From contig CAYNOU010000001.1 in assembly GCA_964398885.1 (NCBI GenBank), positions 221 through 64,220 on the forward strand: a stretch of DNA of 64,000 bases, written 5' to 3'. The DNA comes from an uncultured Candidatus Cloacimonadota bacterium (GTDB lineage Bacteria; Cloacimonadota; Cloacimonadia; JGIOTU-2). Below the pieces are notes generated by a model. The model did no database searches. It was given only the letters and a program-made list of their open reading frames with translations, and was not told the origin of the DNA. Each line of letters starts with the position of its first letter. Position 1 is the stretch's first letter. Positions 1 through 8,516 of this stretch are shown here, piece after piece. The translations under genes were made by a program, and so were the position numbers.

Positions 1-1
1 T

Positions 2-643
2 TCACATGGAGGCGGTGCTGCAGGAAATGTTGAATACCCCGCACAGCCAGTTCCAGCAAACGAGCCAGCCACAATAACATTCACTTCTCAAGACACTTGT
101 AAATCAGTTGAACTTCTCTGGAATACAATTAAAGGCAATGAGTTTAAATCTACTTGTATGAATTTTATAGACAGCACCCTATATTCATATGCAGCTGAAA
201 TCCCCGGACAGCCTGAAGGAACTATCGTCTATTTCTACATTACTGCATCTGATACCTCTGACTCAGTTTCATACTTTCCTGAAAATGCTCCAAAAGAACT
301 ATATCAGTATGAATATAAAGTTGAAACTCTTAAAGCAGTTCTTAAAGTTCCTCATCACACATTCTGTCCTGCTTTAGGCGAAAAATTTGAAATTCAATTC
401 CATTCTCGTACTAATGATAAAATAATTCTAAGATTATATAATTGTGAGGGCAAATTAGTCAACACATTTAAAAATGAGAATTCAAACGGGTTAAATACAA
501 TAGAATGGGATGGTAGGGATGAAACCTGGAATACTTTGCCCCCTGGACTATATATTTGCCATCTTGAAGTAATAGATAGAGAAACTGGCAAAACAAAGAC
601 AGATACAGCACCAATCGTTATTGCCGTTCCACTAAAAGATTAA
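2..643 (+). CDS. 5'-truncated secreted/surface protein with FlgD-Ig/T9SS-like C-terminal beta-sandwich
   Basis: The frame is open from the window edge to the ATG at 158, with no stop in codons 2-157. The listed 158..643 ORF is therefore probably the tail of a longer gene. The C-terminus 'KFEIQFHS..KIILRLYNCEGKLVNTF..IEWDGRD..LPPGLYICHLEV' has the strand pattern of FlgD-Ig/T9SS sorting domains. Confidence 0.6.
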   Translation, partial: SHGGGAAGNVEYPAQPVPANEPATITFTSQDTCKSVELLWNTIKGNEFKSTCMNFIDSTLYSYAAEIPGQPEGTIVYFYITASDTSDSVSYFPENAPKELYQYEYKVETLKAVLKVPHHTFCPALGEKFEIQFHSRTNDKIILRLYNCEGKLVNTFKNENSNGLNTIEWDGRDETWNTLPPGLYICHLEVIDRETGKTKTDTAPIVIAVPLKD

Positions 644-997
644 AGATAAAAGATGAAAAATTTCAAATCTCAAATAACAAATGACAAATAAATTCCAATC
701 CCCGATTAAATCGGGGACAAATTCCAAAAGAATGGCTTGTCCCGATGAATCGGGGGACGAATGTCGAGATAAAGAATAACAAGCCGATGTAGAAGTAACA
801 CGGAACTCTGTTCCGTTCCGTTCAGGCTCGATGCCTGACCGAGACTAACTGTTTAATGAAACTCTGGTTCATAAGTAACGGAGCAGAACCCCTTCTGACA
901 GATCTGTCTCCCGATATATCGGGAGACAAGACGGACTATGCGGAGAAACAGATTACAACAGAGACAATGATTAAAAATGAAAGATTAAAGACTAAAG
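644..997. repeat. Intergenic mosaic of short palindromic modules (exemplar tract)
   Basis: Back-to-back hairpins are tccccgat-taa-atcgggga (699-717), gtcccgat..tcgggggac (739-758), acggaac-tct-gttccgt (800-816) and tcaggc-tcgat-gcctga (822-838). Two perfect palindromes follow: gacagatctgtc (897-908) and the 22-nt gtctcccgatatatcgggagac (906-927). The same stems recur in many other spacers. Confidence 0.85.
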
Positions 998-1339
998 ATG
1001 GACAAAAGAAGTTTAAAAATAGCATATCAACTTAAAAAAGATATTGAGAAAGAAATATCCAAAGGATCCACCTCTGGTGGAAAAGTAATTGATATGCGAA
1101 TTTTTGGTTCCCGCGCAAGAGATGACTTCCAAGAAGATTCTGACTTAGATATTTTTATAGAATTAGAGGAAAGCAATCCAGAAATCCGTAAACTGATTGA
1201 CCATCTGAGCTGGGAAATCGCTTTTGAAAATGACTTAATTATAATGACTCTAATTCACTCTAAAGATGAAGTAGAGAATGGAATTTATAAATACACCCCA
1301 ATCTATAGAAGCATAGTAAGAGATGGAATTGTAGTATGA
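998..1339 (+). CDS. Minimal nucleotidyltransferase (MNT) antitoxin, pair 1
   Basis: 'FGSRARDDFQEDSDLDIFIE' is the GS-X10-DxD Pol-beta-type NTase signature. The stop overlaps the start of the downstream HEPN gene (ATGA at 1336-1339). Confidence 0.85.
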   Translation: MDKRSLKIAYQLKKDIEKEISKGSTSGGKVIDMRIFGSRARDDFQEDSDLDIFIELEESNPEIRKLIDHLSWEIAFENDLIIMTLIHSKDEVENGIYKYTPIYRSIVRDGIVV

Positions 1340-1737
1340 ATGATATTAATCTTACCTTAAAAAGATATAGATTGGAGCAATCTGAAAAAACTCTAAAGGA
1401 TGCAAAAGTTCTTGGGAAAAATCAGGGGGAAAATTTTAGTATAATAAATAGATGCTACTACTCTATATTTTATTCTGTTTTAGCATTATTAGTAGGCACT
1501 GATTTTGTTGGTTCAAAACATCATGGAGTTATTTCTTACTTTGATAAAAACTTTATTAAAAATGGAATATTTACAAAGGAGTTATCTGAAATTATTCATA
1601 GAGCATTTAAGATGCGAAATGTTAGTGACTATGATGAATTTATTGAATACTCTGAAAATGAGGTTGAAGCTTTAATAAATGATACAGAAAAATTTATTGG
1701 AACTATAAGAAATTTCATTGAAGGATCAAGTAAATAA
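1336..1737 (+). CDS. HEPN domain protein (putative toxin), pair 1
   Basis: 'NRCYYSIFYSVLALL...SKHHGVISYFDKNFIKNG...MRNVSDY' is the typical PF05168-type HEPN pattern. The gene has a 4-nt overlap with the MNT gene. Confidence 0.8.
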   Translation: MNDINLTLKRYRLEQSEKTLKDAKVLGKNQGENFSIINRCYYSIFYSVLALLVGTDFVGSKHHGVISYFDKNFIKNGIFTKELSEIIHRAFKMRNVSDYDEFIEYSENEVEALINDTEKFIGTIRNFIEGSSK

Positions 1738-1748
1738 AACAACTTATT

Positions 1749-2066
1749 ATGGATAAAAGAAGTTTAGAAATTGCTCATCAGCTAAAAAAATATATTGAAA
1801 AAGACCTAAATATTATTGATATGCGCATCTTTGGTTCTCGCGCAAGAGATGACTTTGAAGAGGACTCTGACCTTGATATATATCTGGAACTTGAGGAAAA
1901 TAATTCTGAAATAGAAGATAAGATTTTTCATATAGTTTGGAAAATTGGGTTTGAAAATAATTTAGTAATTACTACGATTATCTTCACAATAGATGAACTC
2001 GAAAATGGACCAATGAAATTTTCACCAATTTATAAAAACATTATGCGAGAAGGTGTAGTAGTATGA
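1749..2066 (+). CDS. Minimal nucleotidyltransferase (MNT) antitoxin, pair 2
   Basis: 'FGSRARDDFEEDSDLDIYLE' is present. This is a paralog of 998..1339, with the same N-terminus 'MDKRSLxIAxQLKK'. Confidence 0.85.
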   Translation: MDKRSLEIAHQLKKYIEKDLNIIDMRIFGSRARDDFEEDSDLDIYLELEENNSEIEDKIFHIVWKIGFENNLVITTIIFTIDELENGPMKFSPIYKNIMREGVVV

Positions 2067-2464
2067 GACAAGAAAAGCTTGAATTAATAAAATATCGTTT
2101 GGAACAGTCAGAATCAAGTTTAAAAGATGCGGAATTCCTCCTTGAAAATAAAAGGAGTGGTTTTTCTGTAATAAATAGATGCTATTATGCAATATTCTAT
2201 TCAGTTTTAGCATTATTAGTTGACCAGAAATTCATCGGTTCAAAACACTCAGGGGTCATAGCTTTCTTTGATAAAGAGTTTGTAAGCAAGGGTTTATTCC
2301 ATAAAAAATATTCTAAAATTTTTCATAAAGCTTTTGATATGCGAGGTAAAAGCGATTATAAAGAGTTTATAGAATATTCATATGAAAAAATAAAATTATT
2401 GCTTTCACAAGCAAAAGAATTTGTAAATGAAGTAAAAAAGTTTGTAATGAAAGGTTACCAATGA
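2063..2464 (+). CDS. HEPN domain protein (putative toxin), pair 2
   Basis: This is a paralog of 1336..1737 ('NRCYYAIFYSVLALL..SKHSGVIAFFDKEF..MRGKSDY'). It overlaps the MNT stop at 2063-2066. Confidence 0.8.
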   Translation: MRQEKLELIKYRLEQSESSLKDAEFLLENKRSGFSVINRCYYAIFYSVLALLVDQKFIGSKHSGVIAFFDKEFVSKGLFHKKYSKIFHKAFDMRGKSDYKEFIEYSYEKIKLLLSQAKEFVNEVKKFVMKGYQ

Positions 2465-3333
2465 GAAAAATTTTAATAACAATATTTGTATTTATGCTGA
2501 GCACATCAGTATTTGCTAACATAGAATCCAATATTTTTGGCGATTATGAACCATCAGCAAGAGCACGAGGAATGGGCGGAGCATTTATCTCAAGTTGCAA
2601 TGACGCTGATGCTATTTTTTATAATCCTGCTGCCTTAGATATTGCAACTGCGGGAGTTAATACAGGTTATGCGAAACTATTTGGGAATGACTTTCAGATT
2701 TTGAAAACAGGTGCACTTGCTTTTCATCTGCCCAAATTTGGCACGATAGCTCTTGGAATAAAAAAAATGGGCATTGAATATCAGGATGTTGAATTGGAAA
2801 GTGAAGGAACTTATTCTCTTGCCCACTCATTTCTTCTTATTGGTGATATTCACTCAAAATTATATCTGGGATATACAGTAAATCTGAATTACATTTCTTT
2901 TGGAGAGACTGTCGGGGGATTTGACCCGGGCGAAGAATCTGTATTCGGACTGGATTTTGGTGCGCTTGCTATTCTCCATCAAAGAACTAAGATTGCCTTT
3001 GCGGTCAAAAATATAAACAACCCATCAGTGGGAAAAGGCAGAACATGGGACTTGCCACAGCTCTTGACAATTGGCATTGCATATCAGCCATATCACGGAG
3101 TTACAACCGAATTGGATTTGGAACAGAAATTTTCCGAAGAGACAAAAATTAATTTTGGTATTGAATTTGAGATAGTAGATAATTTTTGGTTGAGGACTGG
3201 TGCTTCAACTTATCCAAATAGTATCTCTGGTGGCATGGGGTTTCTAATCAAAGGTGTTAAATTTGATTATGGAATAAATACACATCCAGTATTGAACTCC
3301 ACACATCATTTTGCAATAGGGTATCAATTCTAA
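2461..3333 (+). CDS. Outer-membrane beta-barrel protein, FadL/PorV/PorQ-like
   Basis: A signal peptide is present. The N-terminal 'SARARGMGGAFISSCNDADAIFYNPAAL' motif is typical of FadL-fold/PorV-family barrels. The protein has an aromatic-rich alternating pattern and ends '...HHFAIGYQF'. Its start overlaps the HEPN stop. Confidence 0.6.
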   Translation: MRKILITIFVFMLSTSVFANIESNIFGDYEPSARARGMGGAFISSCNDADAIFYNPAALDIATAGVNTGYAKLFGNDFQILKTGALAFHLPKFGTIALGIKKMGIEYQDVELESEGTYSLAHSFLLIGDIHSKLYLGYTVNLNYISFGETVGGFDPGEESVFGLDFGALAILHQRTKIAFAVKNINNPSVGKGRTWDLPQLLTIGIAYQPYHGVTTELDLEQKFSEETKINFGIEFEIVDNFWLRTGASTYPNSISGGMGFLIKGVKFDYGINTHPVLNSTHHFAIGYQF

Positions 3334-3450
3334 CTGATAGCCACAATCCCCAATTGAATTGGGGACACAAAGGTCACTAAAAATATTCTCTTATATTCTT
3401 AGTGTCTTTGGGACTTAGTGGTGATAAGAAATTTTATATTTGAGGATATT

Positions 3451-3753
3451 ATGAAAAAAAAGGAAAAAGAAGAATCCTCTGCTCGTTCAACATTAATAAA
3501 AGGATTTATAAAGCTCTTTTTTAACTTTATTAATCATGCTATTAAAGATTGGGAGAATAAATTTAGCTCAAAAGGATATAAAGAATTATCTAAAAAATAT
3601 GATGTCTTTGAAAAACGCTTCTATAAAGATATTCAGGAAATGAAAAACAAAATTGAAAAACTTACACTAAAGGTATACTGGCTAAACTTCATAGCAATTA
3701 TACTTTTGATTTGTGTTGTGATTGAACTTATTTTATTAATTAAATTATTTTAG
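3451..3753 (+). CDS. Hypothetical coiled-coil protein with C-terminal TM helix
   Basis: I prefer the ATG at 3451, preceded by gagga, over the GTG at 3418. The C-terminal 'WLNFIAIILLICVVIELILLIKLF' is hydrophobic. I recognise no family. Confidence 0.4.
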   Translation: MKKKEKEESSARSTLIKGFIKLFFNFINHAIKDWENKFSSKGYKELSKKYDVFEKRFYKDIQEMKNKIEKLTLKVYWLNFIAIILLICVVIELILLIKLF

Positions 3754-3923
3754 CCACCTGCCTTCGTCAAACTATGGCAAGGCAAGCAGATTTGCACAGA
3801 TAGACACAGATATGTATTTAGGATAAAATTGAATAAACTATCAGTTAGAATCCGTGGCGAAAAGAAGAAACAAATCCGTGCTAATCTGCGAAAATCCGTG
3901 GCAAAGAATAAAATCGGGCTAAA

Positions 3924-6542
3924 ATGAAAAAAATAATATTCTTTCTTTTGTTCATATTTATAACTATCTCTCTGCCAATCTTTGCTCAAAACGGGCAATT
4001 AGACCTGAATCAGGCAAGCTTGAATGAGATAAAATCTCTGCCAATTACCGAAAAACAAGCTGAAGATATCTATTACTACCGAACTTACCAGAAATTTTTT
4101 GAATCTGTTTATGAACTGCGTGATATAAAAAGCATTGACCAAATAACCTTCAATAGAATAAAATCTTTGGTGAAGATCTTACCATACACAGACTACGATG
4201 AAGTAGCACAAAGAAGAGACCAGATTTATTATCTCTTGCGAAGCCTGGCTTCAAATGAAGGCTCTCAAGAAGGAATATCAGATTTGTGGGGTGACTTGCT
4301 AATATCCCCTATAAATATCAATACTGCTAACTTTCACGCTTTGCTGAATATACCTATTGTAACTCCAAATGATGTAAAGTCAATACTTTTACAACGGAAA
4401 GTAGGAGATTTTTCAGATTATAGAAGTATGCGGATGTCACCAGGTTTGACACATTATGGAGCAACAAATCTAAAAAATTATGTTATATACTATACTCCTG
4501 AAAAAAAAGGTAGATGGCATTTTAATTATCGATTAAAATTTAATAACTCTCCTTATTCAGAAGAATTAACTGAAGTTTTACGAGAAAGCTTTGTTCCAGA
4601 CAGCACAAACGAAAAATTCTCTATGTGGGGACGCTATCATCTGGATAACGCAGCACCAGAAATCTCTCATAAATTTAGAGCAAGGATGGAAGATTGGATT
4701 AACCTGGAATTCGGCTCAATCTTCTTTTTGAAGAAAGGTGAAAATCGTGATTTGAACTTCTTAGAACTCACTAATGAATGCTCAGAAACTATAAAAGATA
4801 ACTCAAAAACCAGCTTTACAGCAGATATCAAGCCCATAAAAACAAAAGTAATATTAGGAAATTATCGCGCTACTTACGGACAGGGACTGGTTATGGAAAA
4901 TACTGATTATTTTGATAGACGCAGAACAGGATTAGGTTATACAAAACGAGTCTTGGGAATTTTCCCTGACCTATCCCCTACCGAAGAATTTGCTTTAAAA
5001 GGTGGTGCTGTTGAATTTAATAATAATTTTCTGAATGCCTCTGTTTTTTATTCAAATGATAAAAAAGATGCAGTTGTCTGGGACAGCAATGATAACGACT
5101 CTCTTGATGTTGAAGATGACCTATTCTATTATATAATCTCAAAACCACGATTTTCTAATCACGAATTGGAAAGTGCTGAAGAATCCTTTAATCAATACCG
5201 TCCGGGCTTATCTTATTCATTGCCAGAAATTTTGATGGCACCACGCAAAGATATCTTAAAGGAAGTATTAACAGGAGGACATATAGAAGTATCTCCTGCT
5301 ATTGGCACTCATTTTGGAATTACTGCTTATGAAATAGAATACGACAGAAATTTTAAGGGTCCTTCTGCTAACTATAATTCTATTGGAAATTACCTTTTGG
5401 CTAATCCTGAAAAATATACAAAAAAGATTAAAATAACAGATTCTGAAATCTCATCCTTATACTCAACAATATATAAGATAGATACTCTAACCTACGAAAA
5501 AAATTATCGCAGAGTTTATGGTTTTGATTGGCAAACTACTCTCAACAATCTATCACTTCAAGGTGAATATGCAGAATTAGAAGTAAATGGCAAACCAGCA
5601 AAATTAGGCGATGACCCAAAAGCAATTGTGGCAAGTGCTTATTTAGGTTTTGAGAACCTAAACTTTCTTATGCTATACAGAAACTATGATTTAGCCTTTG
5701 ACAATCCCTATGCTCGCCCATTTGCAGAACACGAAAGATTTGATGGTACTATTCTTGAAAAACAATACTATTTGAAAAATCCACTCGTTTCTGAAATATA
5801 TTACAACTCTCCTTGGTCACAACCAGAAGAAGGGATTTATATTGAATCAAGATTTAAGTTTCATCGTCAACTAACTCTAACTAAAGCATATCTTGACATC
5901 TGGAAAAGAAAATCCGATGGAAGAAGAAGTATCCGTTTTCAAGGAGAATTAGATTATAGACCTATTTATCAGGTAAGCATCAGATTGAAAGAAAAACTGC
6001 AAACCAATCGCTCTGAAGACACCTCTGCAAGGTCAGTTTCCAAAACAAGCGAGACAACTCTTCGCCTGATAAACTATCTCACAAATAGAGATAAATTAGA
6101 GATTGAATACCGTTTTAATAAGGTCTGGATGGCTCCATACACTTCTCTTACAAATAGTGCAGAACCAGGCGAAGTTATTGTTCCAACTGCTGATGTCTTG
6201 AATCACGGTGATTATATCGCTGCAAACTATACACACAATTTCACAGATTATTTCCGAATTGAAGGCTCATTCTTGTTCTGGAATGGTCACGGAATCAGTC
6301 ACTGGGATTGGGAAGATATGGAGATTGATTTTATGGGCAGTGAAGGGATGAAATATTGGTTCACAATTTATGATAGAATATCTAATCATCTGGCTATCTC
6401 GTTCAAATATAAGGTTAAACATTATAGAGACGAAGAATTATACCTTAGAAAATATAATGAACCTATTGAGGGACAAAATTATGTTCCACAAACTAAACAC
6501 AAGGAAAGTTCCATAAGATTGCAGATTGATTGGAATTTTTAA
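3924..6542 (+). CDS. Secreted protein with two ComEA-like helix-hairpin-helix motifs fused to a large putative outer-membrane beta-barrel
   Basis: The signal peptide is 'MKKIIFFLLFIFITISLPIFA'. The HhH-type motifs are 'LDLNQASLNEIKSLPITEKQAEDIYYYR' and 'ININTANFHALLNIPIVTPNDVKSILLQRK'. About 650 aa of Y/F/W/N-rich sequence follows, ending 'RLQIDWNF' (terminal Phe). Confidence 0.55.
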   Translation: MKKIIFFLLFIFITISLPIFAQNGQLDLNQASLNEIKSLPITEKQAEDIYYYRTYQKFFESVYELRDIKSIDQITFNRIKSLVKILPYTDYDEVAQRRDQIYYLLRSLASNEGSQEGISDLWGDLLISPININTANFHALLNIPIVTPNDVKSILLQRKVGDFSDYRSMRMSPGLTHYGATNLKNYVIYYTPEKKGRWHFNYRLKFNNSPYSEELTEVLRESFVPDSTNEKFSMWGRYHLDNAAPEISHKFRARMEDWINLEFGSIFFLKKGENRDLNFLELTNECSETIKDNSKTSFTADIKPIKTKVILGNYRATYGQGLVMENTDYFDRRRTGLGYTKRVLGIFPDLSPTEEFALKGGAVEFNNNFLNASVFYSNDKKDAVVWDSNDNDSLDVEDDLFYYIISKPRFSNHELESAEESFNQYRPGLSYSLPEILMAPRKDILKEVLTGGHIEVSPAIGTHFGITAYEIEYDRNFKGPSANYNSIGNYLLANPEKYTKKIKITDSEISSLYSTIYKIDTLTYEKNYRRVYGFDWQTTLNNLSLQGEYAELEVNGKPAKLGDDPKAIVASAYLGFENLNFLMLYRNYDLAFDNPYARPFAEHERFDGTILEKQYYLKNPLVSEIYYNSPWSQPEEGIYIESRFKFHRQLTLTKAYLDIWKRKSDGRRSIRFQGELDYRPIYQVSIRLKEKLQTNRSEDTSARSVSKTSETTLRLINYLTNRDKLEIEYRFNKVWMAPYTSLTNSAEPGEVIVPTADVLNHGDYIAANYTHNFTDYFRIEGSFLFWNGHGISHWDWEDMEIDFMGSEGMKYWFTIYDRISNHLAISFKYKVKHYRDEELYLRKYNEPIEGQNYVPQTKHKESSIRLQIDWNF

Positions 6543-6626
6543 TTATTTGGAGTGCGAAAACGAATCCTGTCCCCGCGGACGCAGGGATAATCGGGATGAA
6601 CTTTTCGCAAAAAATTGGAGGATAAT

Positions 6627-6836
6627 ATGCAAAAAATAAGAAAAAATCTATCTCCTGAAATTGTCTTTCGTGATGGTAGACCCATTGCGGTGATTTTAGA
6701 TATTATTAAATATCAAGAAATATTGGAAAGATTAGAGGATATAGAAGATTTGAAGATGTTGGAAGAGATGAGAAAAAAGCCTCTTAAATTCAAAAAGTTA
6801 AATGATTTCTTACGGGAATATCAATCTAATGTATAG
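6627..6836 (+). CDS. Type II antitoxin (Phd/YefM- or RelB-like)
   Basis: The ATG at 6627 lies 5 nt after ggagg. 'RPIAVILDIIKYQEILERLEDIEDLKMLEE' is a typical antitoxin N-domain plus acidic tail. The gene overlaps the toxin start. Confidence 0.7.
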   Translation: MQKIRKNLSPEIVFRDGRPIAVILDIIKYQEILERLEDIEDLKMLEEMRKKPLKFKKLNDFLREYQSNV

Positions 6837-7083
6837 TATTTATCTTGAATGTGCAGCAGAAAGAGACTTAAAACGGCTTACCTCAAAACTTTTTTACCGT
6901 ATTATTTCTAAAATAAAAGCTTTAGCAGAAAATCCAAGGCCATCTGGCTGTCGTAAGATTACTGGCTCAAAGGCTGATTGGCGTATTAGAATTGGACACT
7001 ATCGTGTTATTTATGAAATTGATGATACTGAGAAGCGTATAAAGATAATGCGAGTAAGACATAGAAAAGATGTGTATAGATAA
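6829..7083 (+). CDS. RelE/ParE-family toxin
   Basis: 'NPRPSGCRKITGSKADWRIRIGHYRVIYEIDDTEKRIKIMRVRHRKDVY' is the classic RelE/ParE C-terminal pattern. The ATG at 6829 overlaps the antitoxin stop (atgtatag). Confidence 0.8.
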   Translation: MYSIYLECAAERDLKRLTSKLFYRIISKIKALAENPRPSGCRKITGSKADWRIRIGHYRVIYEIDDTEKRIKIMRVRHRKDVYR

Positions 7084-7114
7084 ATTTTTAAGATTACAAT
7101 CTTTTGGAGGAAAG

Positions 7115-8449
7115 GTGAAAATTAAAATAATTATCATATTATTATCCATTCTCATTTTTATTGCCATAAACCTATCAGGTGCGTCTCTTTTTGACAGAGA
7201 TACAGGAGAAGAAATAAATTGTTTCTCTGCTCGTTCCCTTGCAATGGGCTCTGTCGGAGTTGCTTCAAAACAGGGACTAACAGCATCACTAAATAATCCT
7301 GCCACTTTAGGACTGCTTCATAATAGATTTGGTATTCAATTAACATCAAATATTACAAAAAATGATGAAGACAGAGCATACCCGATTTATGATTCCTTTG
7401 ACTCATATATAGATGATGCGGTTTATGTCTCTAATGCTCATTTCTTTGACAAATATTTTGGTGGGCTTTATTATAATTGGAATCTTGCAAAATCTATGAA
7501 ATTAACTACAGCATTCAATTATGCTCCAATATATGATTTCAATTTCACATATGTTGAAGAGATGCGAAATAATGAAAATACCGATAATGATAATGAGCCA
7601 AAGAAAATTGCAAATAACACCTATAAAGGTGAGGGAAATATTTCTGCCTATTCTCCTTCGATTGCTTTGACTTTTAAAAATCAAAATAGCATTCTTTCTA
7701 CTCTTTCATTTGGATTTAGTGCATCCTATTTAAATGGGGAAAATGAAATAGACTCTACAATCATTTTCACAGATTGGGCAAAAGAGCAAATGACAAATAA
7801 GCCTGACAGCATACCCGACATTGAATATAACATAAAAAATAAATATTCTGGTATGTGCTATCAAGGCGGATTTATCATTGGATTAGGAGAAAGAGTCCAT
7901 CTTGGCTTTTCTTATACTCATAAAACTGAATTGACAAAAGAATATAAAACCAATTCTGATACAGTATGGGCTGACACAACAATTTATTATCCAACAAAAT
8001 TTGGAATTGGATTTGAATATCATCCGAGAAATATCTGGGATACAAAATTTAGTGTGGAAGCCAGATTAGTAAAATGGAGCGATTACGATGATTCGTATTA
8101 TGATGTAATTGAATATTCCGCAGGAGTTGAACATGTTATGCATAACGGCATTCCTATTCGGCTTGGATTCAGATGTCAACCTTCTGGCAGAGATAAAGAG
8201 GTCACATTAACTGCTTTTTCTGCTGGAACTGCAATAAAATTACCATACAATCTTATGCTTGATTTAGGTGCTGAAGTTGGAAAAAGAAATTATACTGAAA
8301 AAGACCTGTTTCCCGATGGGTATTATGCTAATGAAAACTTATGGGATTATAATCCTCAATATGATGAGCTTCCTGAAGACAGAAAGAATTTTGATAAGAT
8401 AAAAGATTTTATGATAAATGCAATGGCAACGATTTCGTGGAGATTTTAA
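7115..8449 (+). CDS. Outer-membrane beta-barrel protein, FadL/PorV-like
   Basis: I prefer the GTG at 7115 after ggagga, which gives signal peptide 'VKIKIIIILLSILIFIAINL'. The protein has the motif 'SARSLAMGSVGVASKQGLTASLNNPATLG' and ends 'ATISWRF'. Confidence 0.55.
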   Translation: MKIKIIIILLSILIFIAINLSGASLFDRDTGEEINCFSARSLAMGSVGVASKQGLTASLNNPATLGLLHNRFGIQLTSNITKNDEDRAYPIYDSFDSYIDDAVYVSNAHFFDKYFGGLYYNWNLAKSMKLTTAFNYAPIYDFNFTYVEEMRNNENTDNDNEPKKIANNTYKGEGNISAYSPSIALTFKNQNSILSTLSFGFSASYLNGENEIDSTIIFTDWAKEQMTNKPDSIPDIEYNIKNKYSGMCYQGGFIIGLGERVHLGFSYTHKTELTKEYKTNSDTVWADTTIYYPTKFGIGFEYHPRNIWDTKFSVEARLVKWSDYDDSYYDVIEYSAGVEHVMHNGIPIRLGFRCQPSGRDKEVTLTAFSAGTAIKLPYNLMLDLGAEVGKRNYTEKDLFPDGYYANENLWDYNPQYDELPEDRKNFDKIKDFMINAMATISWRF

Positions 8450-8451
8450 GA

Positions 8452-8514
8452 TTACGGGTTACGGGTTACGAGTTACGAGTTAGGAGTTAGAGGTAAGAGG
8501 TTAGAAGTTAGAGG
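8452..8514. repeat. Degenerate heptamer tandem repeat (9 units) abutting the methyltransferase start codon
   Basis: The units are ttacggg ttacggg ttacgag ttacgag ttaggag ttagagg taagagg ttagaag ttagagg, followed by tt-ATG at 8517. The 3' units supply SD-like GGAG/GAGG. Confidence 0.9.
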
Positions 8515-8516
8515 TT

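Noticed and set aside
3750-3998. 82-aa minus-strand ORF spanning the spacer before 3924
   Set aside because: It overlaps the start of the well-supported + gene and is made of atccgtg/cacagat repeat words.
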